Below, piece by piece: positions 25,603-39,870 of a stretch of DNA of 64,000 nucleotides (position 1 is the first letter of the stretch; every line of letters begins with the position of its first letter). The stretch comes from Lama guanicoe (taxonomy: Eukaryota): contig MU054212.1 of assembly GCA_013239625.1 (NCBI GenBank), positions 9,224,898 through 9,288,897 on the forward strand, in the 5' to 3' direction. Below the pieces are notes generated by a model, which saw only the letters and a list, made by a program, of their open reading frames with translations, did not search any database and was not told the DNA's origin. The translations under genes were made by a program, and so were the position numbers.

Positions 25603-26389
25603 ATAAACCACGTTTTCTGGTTTTCCTTCAGAAAGTGTCGGTAGATTGATCAAACATGTTCGGTCTTCAGATAAATGATGTTGAGTTTCTCCCAGTTAGA
25701 GGTGGTGACTTAACGTTCGCCCACTCAGCCATGGAGGCAGCTACGTCTCCTGGCAGAGAAGGAGAATCTTCTGTTCTTTCTCCAGACCTCCCCTTTCCAT
25801 TAGCCCTGGAGTCCAGTCTGTTAGCCTCAGAGGGAAATTTGGCATGTGAAAATCACCACAGTATTCTCCTCCTTAAAAACAGAAACCAGGATGTTGGCTA
25901 CCTTCTCCTTTGCAAGGCGGTCTGCAGTACCACTCCAGGCACGCTCCCTTTCTAGATCTGCTCCCCGTGCAGGGTTTCCAGGTGCCTGGGGGTCTGCACA
26001 GACTCTTAGGAGCATCCGTGGGCTATTTTCAGTCATCCGGGAAGCCCCAGCGAGTTGTCGTGTCCCAGGGAGGCAGCTCTGCAGGCTGAGTCTCAAGTCC
26101 CTGCACTGTCCCAGGGGCTGCCACTATTTAGGGTGGGGACACTGCTCTGACCTGCCGTTCCTGTTTTTGTAGGCTCCTTTGGTCTATAAACGTGGTAGAT
26201 GCCTTAGTTATGAAAAATACACATTGGTAGACCATATATTTTTTACAAGGATGAATTGGGAGTAAAAGCAGCTGAGAGCTAATTCTTAGAAAGCACGATT
26301 TTCCAGGTATTAACCTAAGTGCTTTACCTGCATCAGTACCAGTGATACTAGCCTCACAGTCCCAGTAGACACATGCCTGTTCTCGCTGC

Positions 26390-26535
26390 GGGCCAGGCAT
26401 CGTTCTCACTGTGTGTCATCCATGGTCTCATCTCATCCTCACAACAAACCCCGCACTCAGGGTAGGTCGCAGAGAGGACACGAGGCACAGAGACGTTCAG
26501 TGCCTTGCCAAGGTCACTAGGCTGTGAATGTGTCA
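26390..26535 (-). mobile_element. MIR fragment
   Basis: gccaggcatcgttct..tctcatctcatcctcacaacaaaccc..gaggcacagaga..ttgccaaggtcac. Confidence 0.7.
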
Positions 26536-26789
26536 GGCCCCCAGCTGACCCCACCCCCACCTGGGTGACTTGCTGCTCTGGATGTTATCCGTTCCCCTTC
26601 AGGGCTCCTGGGTCTGTTCATGCGATCCCGGGATTCCGTCTTGTTCTGGCTACTTCCAGGTTCACGCTCGGAACACTTCATTGTGCTCTTCCCTTGGGGA
26701 TTTTAAAATCTTGCCGTTTTTAAAAAAGACCCTCTCTTTCCCCTCAATGACCTATGTATGCTTTGCGACTGCAATTGTGAATTTCATTT

Positions 26790-26865
26790 AGTCTGGACTC
26801 TACCTCTAACTGTGTGACCTTGAGCGAGTTGGTCAACCTCTCTGAGCCTGTTTTTGCCTTTAGAG
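26790..26865 (+). mobile_element. MIR core fragment
   Basis: actgtgtgaccttgagcgagttggtcaacctctctgagcctgttt. Confidence 0.7.
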
Positions 26866-29149
26866 GGTGGAGGGGAGGAAAGAAAGAAAGCAGGCCTGAT
26901 CCCATGTGCCTGACCTCCTGGGGGTGTTGAGTGGACCCAGTGCAACAGGGAGAAACGTGCTTGTGTGCTGTGTTAACAAGCGTGTCATTTTTTATTCTAT
27001 TGCTTTTCTTACCCTTTGTCTCATGTGACTTTCCTGAGACTCCAATGTGAGATTCTATGTTAACCTCTAAGCTTAACGGCTACTATTTAGCATTAAAATT
27101 TTCCTTTCCACCTTCTCCTAACTGCTACCTGATACTCACCCTTCTCTTTTCCAAAACTGGACGATAATGAGGAGGAATTACGGTCTTTTTCCTCAAGATG
27201 TTGAACTGCATCTGGTTGTGGTCACTCTTACATGGCGGTCACCCAACCGCGATAACCATTCAGAATCAAGTTTGTCTCTGTGTTTGCAGGTTCTGAAATA
27301 CTTGTTCTTGGCAGCAGTAATCTGTTCTATCCGAACACCTGACTTGCACGTCTGCTCCCTGCAAGGCAGGCAGGCTTCCGTCTCCGCATCAGGACTGGTG
27401 GTGTCCCATGGACCCCCTGAGTGGGCCTAAATGTCTGGTTTAATGTTCTAGAAAACATCCGTGATGTGTATGACTTTCTGCCCCCTAGAGGGGCTAAGCT
27501 TGCAGGCTCCTACCTCTTGGAGCTGACTGGTTCTAGAGGGCCGACCCCAACCCACGGAGCTGGTCACCAGGTGAATGCAGGCTGCAAGTCACAGCCCTCG
27601 CCCCTAAGCCTTGGCAGTTAGCAATCACTCCTTCAATTGACTGCCTCCTCTGTGCTTCTCAGAAGTTCCATAAGTCTTGTGGCCCTGGGCGCTGCCTGTT
27701 TGAAGTCTCCTGGAGGGGCTCACTTCTGCTTTCTGGAAGCTGGACCCTCAGCCCTCTTAGACAGCTTGGGAGAAAGGAGCCGAATTGCCTTAGTGACCTC
27801 CGTCCTGGCCGTTCTCTCTATGAGGTCTCTGCTTGCCTCGACAGCATCTCTCTCCCCAGAGGATAACCTCTATCTCACACCATCTTGGCTGTTATACCCT
27901 CTCCCCGGTCCCTGCAGTCTTCCTGGCTAAGCGCAAAACAAAACAAACAAAAGTCCTGCATTCTATCCAAGCCTGGAGCATTTCTCCAGAGACAGTATTT
28001 CTGGAAGGGCAGCTGTTGGCACGTTGGAGCTCCCTGATGGCTGTTGCTCTGAAGGAAGTGCTAGGTGTTGCTGCCTGGTTCTGTCCAAAAGTTCAGCTTA
28101 ACTAGGCTTTCTGGAAGCAAACTAGAGCCTGGCCTCGTCCCAGAATACCCCTTCCCGTTTAAAGAAGCAAGTTCCTCTTTTAAACTCTTGGGCATACTTG
28201 GGAAAGTTGCACGTTCAAAGACATCTCCACTCTGGTTTCCCCCATTCTTCCTCACTTCTACCCTTATGCTGGGGCAACTATCTCACCAGATGTTCACTTC
28301 CAGCCTGGTCTGGCATCCTGTGCCTGGAGCCCGAGCCCACAGCCATCTCCAGCAACATCCTCTCGTCCCTGAGAGATCTTGGGACTCGAGGGCAGAGATG
28401 TGGCTGGCTGACTTATAAAAGAATTGAGGGAGAAACTTGTATTTCCTGTTGCCCCAGGACTGACCATTGGTAGCCCCCAAGTATGCAAGTTTTCGTTGGT
28501 CCCCATGAAAAACGTCCCCACTCAGGGAGTAGGCACCTCGTAGGCACCGAGGAAATATCCATTTAAGGGAATGAGATCTGTATCAACCAGAGGCAACAAA
28601 TAAATAAATAGGGGAAGACAACATACCGCTCAGAGCCAGTCGGAAGACTGAGCTTGCTTCTCAGGCCTCTTCTGCCTCTGCTCAGGCTTTGCTGTCGTGG
28701 ACCGTCACTGATAATGCCTTGACTCCAATCAGCAAAGGGGGTCTCACGGGGTGTGGCGTGCTCTCACCACGGTGACCCTTGGCCAACCCCACAGCAGCCT
28801 GGGTTCTTGCTTTCTGCTGGCTTTTGTTTCTTTTTTTTTTTTAATTTAAGAAGGAAGATGTCAGTCAATCCATTTTGTCATGATGCTAACCTACCATATT
28901 GGGTTGATTTTTTTTTTTGACTTAAAGTTACTTTCCTTGATTCTATATTAGAAATTGGGCTTTCGTAATGGATTGTGACTCACGGATCTTGCTGTGTTTG
29001 TTGGAAGGCCCTGGACCATTGTACGAGAGCTTTTTCTACACTATCATTCTATTCTGTTCTGTCATTCTTAACTCTTCCAGTGCCAGTGCTGCTCATTTTA
29101 ATTTTATCAGTTTTATAATAAGTTTTATATCTGACTGGGTAGATACCAC

Positions 29150-29450
29150 ATATAACTTTACTTAGGGATTTTTTTTACACATATATTCTTTCATAATAAC
29201 TTTAGAATATTTTGTAATTCCAAAAAATCTTGTTGGAATTTGATTAGAATCATTTAAAATATATGTTTTTATATATACATTTTATATATATTTTAAAAGA
29301 TGCATGTGTGTGTATGTGTGTGTGTGTGTGTATAATGAGAGGTGCTGAGCATCCTTACAACATTGAGACTTCCTATCCAGGAACATGATATTTCTCATTT
29401 AATCACATCTCTTTTATTGCTCTCAAAATGTTGCCATTTCCTTCAAGTAG
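29150..29450 (-). mobile_element. Old L1 ORF2 fragment with embedded (TA)n/(TG)n repeats
   Basis: aaaatcttgttggaatttgattagaat..acaacattgagacttcctatccaggaacatgatat is antisense L1 ORF2 sequence. Confidence 0.65.
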
Positions 29451-32400
29451 GCCCAGTATGGATAGATCAGGAGGATTCAGGATTGTGTTTCTTTGTTTGA
29501 GTGTTGTCTGGGGAGATGTGGTTGATCAAATGCGAAATACCTTCTGATCTCCTGCCTAGAAACATTGTCTCCTGTCACTGTCCCAAGCCCTGTTCTACCT
29601 CTGCCCCGTCACATCTTGCCTGGTCCTCTCCAGATGCCTTCGGAGGGTCATCCAGCATTTCCTAACCTCCTTTACAAGGAACATTCTGTCTTCTCTGCTT
29701 TATCTCCCCTTTCCCTCGTTAACCAATTTCCTATTTTTCTCATTTCAAACAATGGACAGTCACTGACTTTCTGATCACAGAAGTCCAATAAGGAGTTGAG
29801 TGTCTGAGAGTGACTCTTAGCAAGAGTGGGGTGGATGGGTTGAGGGTGAGAAGAGGCTGGAAGCAGGGGGCTGGTGAAGGGCTGCTCTGGGAGCCTGCCA
29901 CCCAGGATCAGGGTCAGGGTGGAGGTAGTGGGAATGAAGGAGGGGGCAGGAGAGGCTTTGTGGAAGAGGATGGATGACAGTGACTCAGACACAGGACCAG
30001 GTAAAGGAAATAAAAGTCACTCTTGCTGATCTGGGGCTTTGACACCAAAAGATGATGGGAATGGATCAGAGCTGATGACTGCTAATCCCTAGACATGCTC
30101 TGGGGCACAGAGAATTTTGGCTTGTTCTTGCAGATGCTGCTCTGGGTTGTTGTGGGAGTGGAGGCGAGGCTAGAGGGGGACAACCCCATATGACCCCCTC
30201 ATCTCAGGCAGAACGCCCCACCCCAGACACTTGAGAGGTCAGCAGCATCCAGTGGCGCCTGTCTTGATTATCAACAAGAACATTTAAAACAGCCCTTGGA
30301 TAAAATCCGGAGATTTAACTGTTCAGCTTCAGATATGACTTTACTTCTTATTCCTCCCTGTGTGAAGCGGGAAGTGCTCTGAAAGCATCCCCGTAACCTA
30401 CGATGCCCAGTGGCTTGCTGCTTACCAACTTCTAGGGGGCTGTGTGGGTGTGTCCATGGGGCTGAACTGAGTTCTACTGAGAATGAGGACAAGGATATGT
30501 CCGTCTCAGAGCCACCACATAGGTCTGTGCGGGTTGCTTGCTGCACGTGGATGCTGGCTGAGGGGGCAAGGCTGAAATCTGAGCAATGCTTCTCTCTCTT
30601 AAGCTGTCTGCCACGGGGCTGTGTCTCCCTGGACTTGGGCATCTTTTTCTCATTTGCACAAAGGCTCCGTTGAGCTGGGCCTGCCCAGGCATCTCTGCGG
30701 ACTCCTAGTATGTGTAGATGGGCTGCTCAGGGCTAATGATTCCAGCAAGTCCCTGCCTTCCCATAAATGCCTCCAGCATGGGAGCCTGACTGTGGGTAGC
30801 TGCCTCTCCAGTGCCAGGTCCCAGGCTGCCTCTGTCTCCCATGCTGCCACCCATCTGTGGCTTCATTCCTTCTGCTCACGAGCTGTCTTCCTGCTGCACC
30901 CCTGGGTCTCACATCCACCATGTAGGCAGGAAGAAGGAGGAAAGGCAAAAGGCATGGCCAACTGGGTCTGTGCCTTTTTAATCGGGAAAACCAAAACCAG
31001 AACTGCCAGACTTAGCTGCAAAGAACTGCCAGGGAGGTGACTGATCAATGGACATGTCACCAGTCTGAAAAAAATCAAGGTCCTGTTGGTGAGCGGGGAA
31101 GAGGGCATGGACGTTGGGCAGGTGCCCTGCGTTGCCTGGAGGAGGGCACACCCCGCTCCCCAGTGTGGGCATCGCGAGTCATAACGTCCCTCTTCACTGC
31201 CTGTGTTCAGCATTTTGTCAAACCTTAGCCCACATTCCTTCTTAGCATTCCATACACAAAATAATGTCTTAAATTAGACTTAAGCTACATTTCAGGGCTC
31301 CTGATAAGCTTATCTGATGACATATATAGGAAACAGCGTTCCCCTGTAGAGGCAGGAGGCATTTATGCCACATGTCCCTGGGAGCCCCCTGTCCAAAGCC
31401 GATGGCCACACCCACAGAAATTATTCCTTCTGGCCACCAGGCCCCCTAACAGCTGGGATGCTTTCAGTCATTTGCTTCGTGAAGAAATTGTAATTTATCC
31501 CCCGATGCATATTTAAGGGCCTAACATAGAATTTTAGCAGTTGAGTTTGGAAGGGCTCAGCAGGACTTAAAGGGCCACAACCTGTGTCTCCTTGCCAGCT
31601 CCCAGCCTCCAGTGTTGCAGCCGGCCAGCTTCTCCAGACAGCGCAGCTGCTCCCAGACCCAGCCCATTTCCCTCTTCAGAGAAGAGGCTGAGGCCTCGGC
31701 TCAGGAAACCGACATTCAGCAGCTCTTAGCTGCTCAGCTAGGGTCTGCCTGCAGTGGAGTCTGAGCAGCTGGTTCATGGGGTCCCCTCGATGTAGACCCC
31801 CAAACCTCCAGCCTCATCCCTGGCGGTTCTCCGGGATCGGACAAAGGCACCTCCCTCCGTCTCTCCCAGCCCCAGGCTGGTCCTAGACATTCTTCAGGGT
31901 CCAGCTTAGGCGGCAGGCCCTCCAGAGCCTGACCCACTCCACCACCAGGTGAATTAATTCCTGGTAGCTGGGCTCCCTCACACGGTGAGCACACCCCGTC
32001 ACCGTGCTGAATGGGTCTGACCCATCCTCGTCACCTGGGTTTGTTTCCTGAATCACAAGCATCACCCTCCAAGCCCCGCTGCCTCCAGGGAAGCCGCGCA
32101 GGCACAGGGAGCTTGGAGAGCCGGCTCCCTCCACCTGTCCCCGCTGCCACCTGCTGTTGGCTTCCTGAGAGCTGAAGGGGAAAGCCAAGCGGGGGGCCGG
32201 GGGGCATCACAGCTCTGGGCAGGGGTGAGCGTTGGCTCAGCACCTCACACACTTCCTGGCTTCTGGCCACGTGCTGCCCCACGGACACCAGGCCCACAGG
32301 GAGGCACGCACAGCAGGGCTCTGTGCACATGCCTGGCCACCTCTCCTCCCTGCCCCCCTCCTCAGCCCCTTGGCCGGTTTATCCCTCACTCCTCTTCACA

Positions 32401-32965
32401 CCCCCTCCATGCGGCAGCAAAGATGGAAGTGCTCAGGCATTCGGGGCGGAGGATGTTGGACTGATGAGAGGAGCCCCTGGGATCCAGAGGGGTGACCGGC
32501 CAGCGATGCCGGATTCCCCCTCCTGGCGCCGCCTCCCCGGCGCGTGTACCGGCCTTCTCCATCTCCGGGCACACACCGCTCGCTCCGGGGCCAACCGAGG
32601 CACATTCCGACACCTCGCAGCCCACAGGAAGGGAACTCTGAGAGCTCTGAGTTTTGTTTCCACTGCTTCTATGGAAAAAAACAGGGTTTTTTTTTTTTTC
32701 TTGCAAAATATCACATTTTTCCCAATTGAAGGAAAATCCATTTTCTTTTGTAATGTGTCTGACTCGAGAAGTTCCACTGCTGACCTGCTCTTGGCGGCTC
32801 CTCGGGCCTAATCCCTGGTCTCTCCGCTGTGCTGAGCGGTAGCCAGGCCTTTCCTGACCTGAATCGGGGCCATTTGTTTTCATCTCTCAGTAAGTAGTGA
32901 GCTTGCTTTTAACAGAGGACCAAAGATGATGCATTAATCTTGGATTCTCCTTATTTTATCACAAG

Positions 32966-33124
32966 AAAACTGCTGCAGATGGAAAAAAGCAAGAGATCAT
33001 CGTCCTGGATTCCAAGAGGAGCAATGCTATCAATATTGGCCTGACGGTGCTGCCCCCTCCGAGGACCATTAAGATAGCCATTTTGAATTTTGACGAATAC
33101 GCCTTAAACAAAGAAGGGATTGAG
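32966..33124 (+). CDS. FHOD3: FHOD3 FH2 exon ([53 protein letters not shown])
   Basis: Acceptor ttttatcacaag| and donor GAG|gtaaga; 159 nt, phase 0/0. Contains the FH2 LDxKRSxAINIGL motif. Confidence 0.96.
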
Positions 33125-34204
33125 GTAAGAGGAGCTCTGTCGAGCATTATTTTTGTCCTGTCACATGTCACACGTGTAAAACAGTGCTGTGTCCATGGTG
33201 ACTTTCTCCGCAGCGTGGCTTGCCGTTCCTCTGTCTCAGCCAGACTCTGAATGATGTTAATAATTCTCACGTCTTTTTTTAACTTCTTGGTGGGGAGGAA
33301 CCCTCCCTTCGCCATAAGTTCAGAGATCCTCGCTTTCTGGTTCATTTCGGATTTCCTTCTGCCCATGCTCCACCTTCCTCAACGTGGAAGAAGTTTGACA
33401 ACCTCCACGGGGGGCTGGGATGTCATTTCAAACCAAATATGTTTAACGCACAGTTTCAAAAGTAGGGTTTCCCATGCGTGCTCACCTCCCTGTCTGTGGC
33501 TTTGTTTCTCCCCTGGGACCCGTTGGGGTCTGTGGAAGATGTGTTTCACTGGATCACTGGAAAAGCCAGGCGAGCTGAGTCTGTACTGCTTGTCAATCTG
33601 AATGGCACGGGTGGAGAGGGGCTGGGTGCCTTGGCCGTGGCTGCTTGGCTGGGAGGTGGCCCAGCTGGGGCCACAGCATCCCTGTTCCAGAATCCAGTGC
33701 CCTCCACCAGGCCCTGCTCTCCCTTTCACTGTGGGCTGGTGCCCATTTGTAGGAAGTTAAATTTGATGTCCTAATAATGGAGAAAGAGTGAGTGGAGTCA
33801 GTGGCTCCGCCCACAGGTTCCTACAGACGAGTGGGTGGCCTGGGGGCCCACTGGGTCAGAATAGGGACCTGAGGGCACTGCTCTGTGGCATTGGGTGACA
33901 CTCACGCCATCCTCCTACTGGCCAGGAGCCCTGGATCCCTTTAAAGCCTCTCCATCCTTGAGTTCCCTTCACACAGTCTGATTTGAAAGACTTGAGAGTG
34001 AAGGGGGCCAGCAGAGGCTGGTGGCAGCCAGGGAGGGCCGGCCTCGGCAGGAGAGCTGGACGCGAGCAAGGGCTCCGGCTTCTGCGCTGGCCTCTCCCAC
34101 GGCCCTGAGGGCGGCAAAGTGGTACCTGAACCCAGCTGGGCAGGCATGCTCTTGTGCTTTGGAAAGAAGAGGCCCCCACAGGAGAAGCTGTGTTCCTTGA
34201 GGTT

Positions 34205-34649
34205 TGTCCTGGGTTGAGTACAAACTTTAAAATCCATGCCCACCCAGAAGCTCCGAAGGTGACCTTATTTGAAAACAGGGTCTTCGCAGACATGATCAAG
34301 TTAAGGTAAGACGACGCTAGACTAGGGTGGGTCCTACTCCACCGGCTGGTATCCTTCTAAGAAGGGAGAAGTCTGGACAGGGACACAGAGGGAAGGTTGC
34401 CGTGTGAAGACAGGGATCACACGAGGAGACACAGAACAGAACACCGTGTGATGACAGATACAGAAATTGCAGTGATGGGTTTACAAGCCGAGGAACACCA
34501 AGAATTGCCTGCAACAACTGGAAGCGAAGAAGAGGCAAGGACAGATCCTCCCCACCGCTGACATTAGACTTCTGGTCTCTTAAACTGTGAGGGAATACAT
34601 GTCTCCAATCTGCAATCCTCTGTGATGGCAAACCCAGGAAGCCAGTACA
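34205..34649 (+). mobile_element. MLT1 (B/C/D-like) MaLR solo LTR
   Basis: TG..CA ends; gtgaccttatttgaaaacagggtcttcgcaga, caagccgaggaacaccaagaattgcc and gacttctggtctc..aactgtgag motifs. Confidence 0.8.
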
Positions 34650-35959
34650 ATGCATGAGCGGCTCAACCCTGAGAAGCAGGCACACAGCCTGGTTCAGGAG
34701 CAGGTGCAAGGAGGGAGATGCACATCCCTCTCTCCGGAGGGGAAGTTGAGCCCGGGCCCTGCAGTCAGGCCACTCAGCACGGCAGCTCCGCATACCCCGG
34801 CGGGCAGCCAGGGAGGGAGGGCAGGTGGCAAACCGGGGCAGGGCATATGTAGCAGGCAAATAGAGGGAGGGACATTGAGGTGGCTGCCAGGCAGTGAGAA
34901 AGAAGTGGGCAGTCCTGGCCTCAGCGTGAGGCAGCTCCACGCTGGGGCCCCCAGAGGAGCACGGGAGAAGGGCGTTGGCTTGCTGTCCATCAGGCAGGAG
35001 GAGGCTGCCAGCTTAGCCGAACCAAGCACAAGGTGTCTTCCACGTAGGACAAACGATGTGGTAGGTCCCAGTGCACCTTCTGGCCATCCTGTTTACTTCA
35101 CAGGATCTTTTCAAGATTGCACAAGCGTCAGATTCAGATGCAGCCAGGGGCAGCTTGACTGAAGGAAAAAATGACAAGTTCCCCTCTTAAAAATATTTCT
35201 CCTTCTTGCCACGAGAACTTGAAAGTCCATCAGGAGAGACAGATTCCTTTCGTTTTGCCTTTGTTCTTTCCTGAAATGTCAGTCCCCTTGGAGTGGGGCG
35301 GGGGGGGCCTAGGTTTCAGATACAATAAGTGACTGAGATTTGAGAATGAGCTGAATCACTTTTTCCTTTTCCGACGGGTTTCCAGCTGAGCTCCTCTTTG
35401 ATCCAGGAAGGAATGACGATGGGGATCGTACCGGGGCGGATGTAGGAATGGCAGAGGGCGCTAAACTTGACTTTCGTGGGTTTCTCCCTGTGGGCTGGGT
35501 GCCAGGAGGGTGCTTTACACAGATGCTCACAGAGAGTAGGAGGGATGTGCTCCTCCATTCCCCATCTTAGAGGTGAGGAGGGTGAGCTCCATGCTAGTCT
35601 GTGCCCAAGCTCACAAACCAGTAAGAGGTCCAGCTGAAATATGATTTCTAGAACCTGAGTCCACAGTGCAGTCCACGGGCCCTGGGGGTGGCTGGCCCAG
35701 GTGGGATCTCTGGGCCTGGGCTCGCCTGCCAAAAAGCATAAGAGGACATCTGCAAGGGGAGTGAGAAGATGCATGAGGCCGCACTGCCTACGGTTTTCCT
35801 CCAGGAGTAGCTGCCGTATGAGGTGATATTCAGTGAGAGGACACAGCCAAAGAAAATACTGCCTAACCCTGAAAGTTCATTGTGTCACGAGCCCTCAGCA
35901 AATGCATATATAGTCACAAGACACAGAGTTACACATCTTTACCGCAGTTTTCATCTAAA

Positions 35960-36150
35960 GTAGGGTTTCTCAACTGGAGCACTGCTGCCATTCCGGGCTG
36001 GGCAGTTCTTGGTTGTGGGACTGACCTGTGCCTGGTGGAGTGTCTGGCAGCAGCCCTGGGGTCCGCCCACAAGATGCCAGTGGTACTACCACAGTGGTGA
36101 CAGCCCAAAACGTCTTTTTGACTTTGTCAAACCCCCGATGGAGAACCCCT
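35960..36150. mobile_element. MER20-like hAT remnant
   Basis: gggtttctcaact..gcact..ttccgggctgggcagttcttggttgtggg..agatgccagtgg..gtgacagcccaaaacgtct..gagaacc. Confidence 0.7.
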
Positions 36151-37924
36151 CATCTGAAGCTGCCTGTGTAAACCCAGAGATCATGAACATTTTGCAACTC
36201 CTATTAGTTGTGGCTGAGAAGAGTCCAGCAGAAAGCGGTCCTTGTGGGGAACACAGAACCCGGGCTCCCCCAGCTGTTACCGGCTGTCTCTGGCCACCAG
36301 TCTCAGGGACCCAAGGGACATGGATGCTCTCCGTCCATATGTCAAGCCAGCCCCCAACCGGAGCTGCTTCTCCAGGTTTGTTGTTGAAGGAGTTAAATCA
36401 GGACTGAGGTGAGACGGAAGTGGAACCCTTGCAGATCTTTACTAATATGATTTCCAGCTTATGCCCAAATGGCCTTCTACCAAACCATCTGCTTCTTGGA
36501 CGCTGGCCCTGGAGCGTGGCACCGTGGCTTAATAGGGCCGTTCAGAACCTCTGTGTGCCCGAGCGTGATTAGGATGTATTCGCTGACGTCCTGCTTAGCA
36601 ACCCAATGGTCTGTACCTGGTTCATCGTGAAAACTCATGGGTGTCATTAACTAACTTCATTAAAGGAGTGGTTTTTCATGAGAGTATTAAACTTTACAAT
36701 ATGATTTGGGGGCCATCTGTAAGTAGTAATAATGATATTTTCCCAAGTAAAATGTCATTGAGGTATCACAAATGGAAGTATGAAGAGTTCTCCTTTTTTT
36801 CTTTCCTTGCTTTTCTCGTTTTTATAGTCTGTGTCTACTCAGAGGGTTAACACAATTGAATGGTCCCAAATTACATTTCTCTTGGCCCAGCTTGGCTATC
36901 AGACCTGTCAACATCCTAGAAACAGAAGTTCCCAGAGTCAGAAAACACAGAGATGATGATGTAGTGGTCTTGTTTGATGTTTTCTCTCCGTGAAACCAAA
37001 TGGCCATTATAAAATCATTAATAAATCTATTGATATGGTAAAGAGCAAATAGAAGGTACACGCATATCTTTATCATATGCTCATGATAAAAAAAAAAGGG
37101 GGCCATCGCCTCATAGGAGGTAGCTTTGACTCTGCTGTTCCACTGTCTCGTGGCTATTTTTATTGTTAATGGCGTGTTAAAAAAAAAGTAAACTGGCAGA
37201 TGGTAACCTTACAAATCTTCAACAGTGAACACAAATGGTTTAAATTAATCAGAGAAGTGAAAAACAAAAGTAAGAGTGGTTGATTACTTTCCCAAAGGAA
37301 AACAAAAAGCAACAAAAATCATCACAGGAAAATGCCTTCTGAAGAAGAGGGGAAAAGTGTTGACAACTTTTAGTTTTAGAATTCTTGTACTTGCTTAAAA
37401 CAATTTGAGCACTAAGAAAATTAAAATCTAAATTTGTAGTTCAGTTTTTATTTGGAAAACTGGTTGAGTCCAAATCCTGGGCTTTCGGAAAGAAGTGACA
37501 TTTGCTTGGATAGTCTTGGTCCTTTTTTAATACTGTCTGTGTGGAGGTGGGGGATCAGTAGCATCAGCCTACGGGAGAGCAAGGAGCATGACTGCTGAGC
37601 ACGTCCCCTGATGCCCCATTCCACCCGCGTAGTCTGTGTTTGGGGCCCTGATGAAGTGAACATTGGAAAAGGAGGTATCTTGGGCTCACCACCTGCGACC
37701 TCACTCTGACCGCAGCCCAAAACACATCTCCAGTCCCCTTTGGCATCACTGGTTTCTGTACCGCTCTCCCTGAGAACTCTCTCATGAACCCAGGACAACC
37801 GCTCCCCTACCCAGATGCATCCTGAGACACAATCATGTAAACATCTGCATGATTGCCGATTATGGTGTCAAGTGTCCACTTTCTTATTTTCTTAGTTTTT
37901 GAATTATTAATAGAGGATAAAATT

Positions 37925-39870
37925 GACTTTTTTTTTTCGGTGCCCAGACTTAATTGAGTTTTAAAGCATATAAATTCATGCAATGACCACTGTAACCAGG
38001 ATGCAAAATAGTCCCACTCCCAAAAAAACCCCTTGTGCTGTCCCTTCCTATTCACATCATTAACCCACCTCGATCCCCTGATAACCACTGATCGCTTCTC
38101 ATCACTGTGGTCTTGCCTTTTCGAGAATGTCACATACATGGAATCATACAGTGAGGAACCTTTTGAGACTGGCTTCTTTCACTCAACATGATTGATACTT
38201 TGAGATTCATCCAAGTTGTGGTGCATCTCTATAGTTGGCCCCTTTTTATCGCCGAGCATCACTGCACTGCAGGGTTGTAGCCCTGTCTGTTTATCTCTTC
38301 ACCTGCTGGAGAACACTTAGCTCCATCCAGCTGTTAGCAGTTGTGAATAAGCTACTACAAACACTCAAGCACAAGTTTGTGTGTGAACTCAAGTTTAATT
38401 TTTGTAGGTTAAGTACCTACAAATAGAGCTACTGGATCACCTGATAACTATGTTTATTCTTTTGAGGAACTGCAACTTGGCTTTTCATTCTCTTAACAGT
38501 CTCTTCCACAGAGAAAATGTGTGTAATTTGGATGAAGTTTAGTGTATCAACCTGTTCTTTTTTTGGTGTCATATTGATTGCCTAACCTGGGTCACAAAGA
38601 TTTTTCTCCTGTGTCTCCTTCTCAGAGTTTTGTAGTGTTAACCTTTTAGATTCATGATCTCTTTTGGGTTCATTTATATACAAGGTGGAAGGTCTAAGCT
38701 GAGGCTCACTTTTTGCATGTGGGTTACAGTTGTTCCAGCATCATTTGAAACACTACCTTTTGTCTGTTGAACTGCCTTCACACCTTTGTCAGAATCACTG
38801 GGCCATATTTGTGTGGTCTGCTTCTGGATGCCCTGTTTTGTCCCACTGATCCCTGTCTCCATCCTGAGGCCCATGCCTCACCATCTTAATACTGTGGCTC
38901 TATTGTAGCTCTTTCGGTGCTGTGACTCCTCCAGGGCAGGTCTTCTTCAGAATTCCTTCGGTTTGGCTGTTTTGGTTCATCTGCCTTGCCATATAATTTT
39001 TAGAATCAGCTTGTCTAGCCACAAAAAAATCATGAAATTTTGATTGGAATCGAGTTAAATTTATACATCAATTTTGGGAAAACTAACGTCTTGACTATAT
39101 CGAGTCTTTCACTCCGTGAACACAGATTATCCCCCCATTTGTGTGATCATCTCTGATTGCTTTCACCAGCATTTTTCACTTTCTAGCATACAGAGCCTGC
39201 ATGTGATTTTTTGATTTATACCTAAGTATTTCACTGTAAATAGTATTTTTTTAAATTTCAGTTTATAATTGTTTATAATTAATATGTAAAAATAAAACTT
39301 TTTTTGTATACTGACCTTATATCGCGCAACATCATTAAACTCACTGTTTTATAAGTTTTTTGTAGATTCCTCGCAATTTTCTATGGGGCAATTATGCCAT
39401 CTGAGATAGGAACAGTGGTATTTTTTCCTTTCTAATCTGTATTCATTTTAAAAATTTTATCTACCTGGCTAGGATTTCCACACAGTGTTAAACAGGAACG
39501 ATGAGAGGGGACTTCCTGTGTTGTTGCTGGTCTTAGAGAGAAAGCATTCTCTCTGTCACCGTGAAATTTGAAATGAGCTATAGGGTTTTTTAAATAAATG
39601 TCATGTATCAGATGGGGGATTAATTGCATTGATTGACTTTTTCATATTGATCCAACCTTTTAGTTATTTTAAAATATATTGCTATATAAAATATAGCAAT
39701 GGGGTTATATATCTCAATATATTGGCATTTATTTATGTATTTTAAAATATTTTGTTAAGGATTTTTGCATCTAGTTCATCAGGATATTGGTCTGCAGTTT
39801 TCTTTTCTTGTACTGTCTTGGTCTGGTTTTGTATCAGGGTCATTCTGGTCTCATAAAAAAACTGAGAATT
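37925..39870 (-). mobile_element. Old L1M element (3' UTR and ORF2 3' half); L1-like sequence probably continues to about 40640
   Basis: T-rich + strand with catggaatcatacag, ggcttctttcactcaacatg, ttgttccagcatcatttg and ctagttcatcaggatattggtctgcagttttctttt, all antisense L1 signatures. Confidence 0.85.

Noticed and set aside
34317..35162. Long ORFs of 207 aa (-) and 170 aa (+)
   Set aside because: They overlap an MLT1 LTR and GC-rich intron, with no recognisable domain or fitting splice structure.
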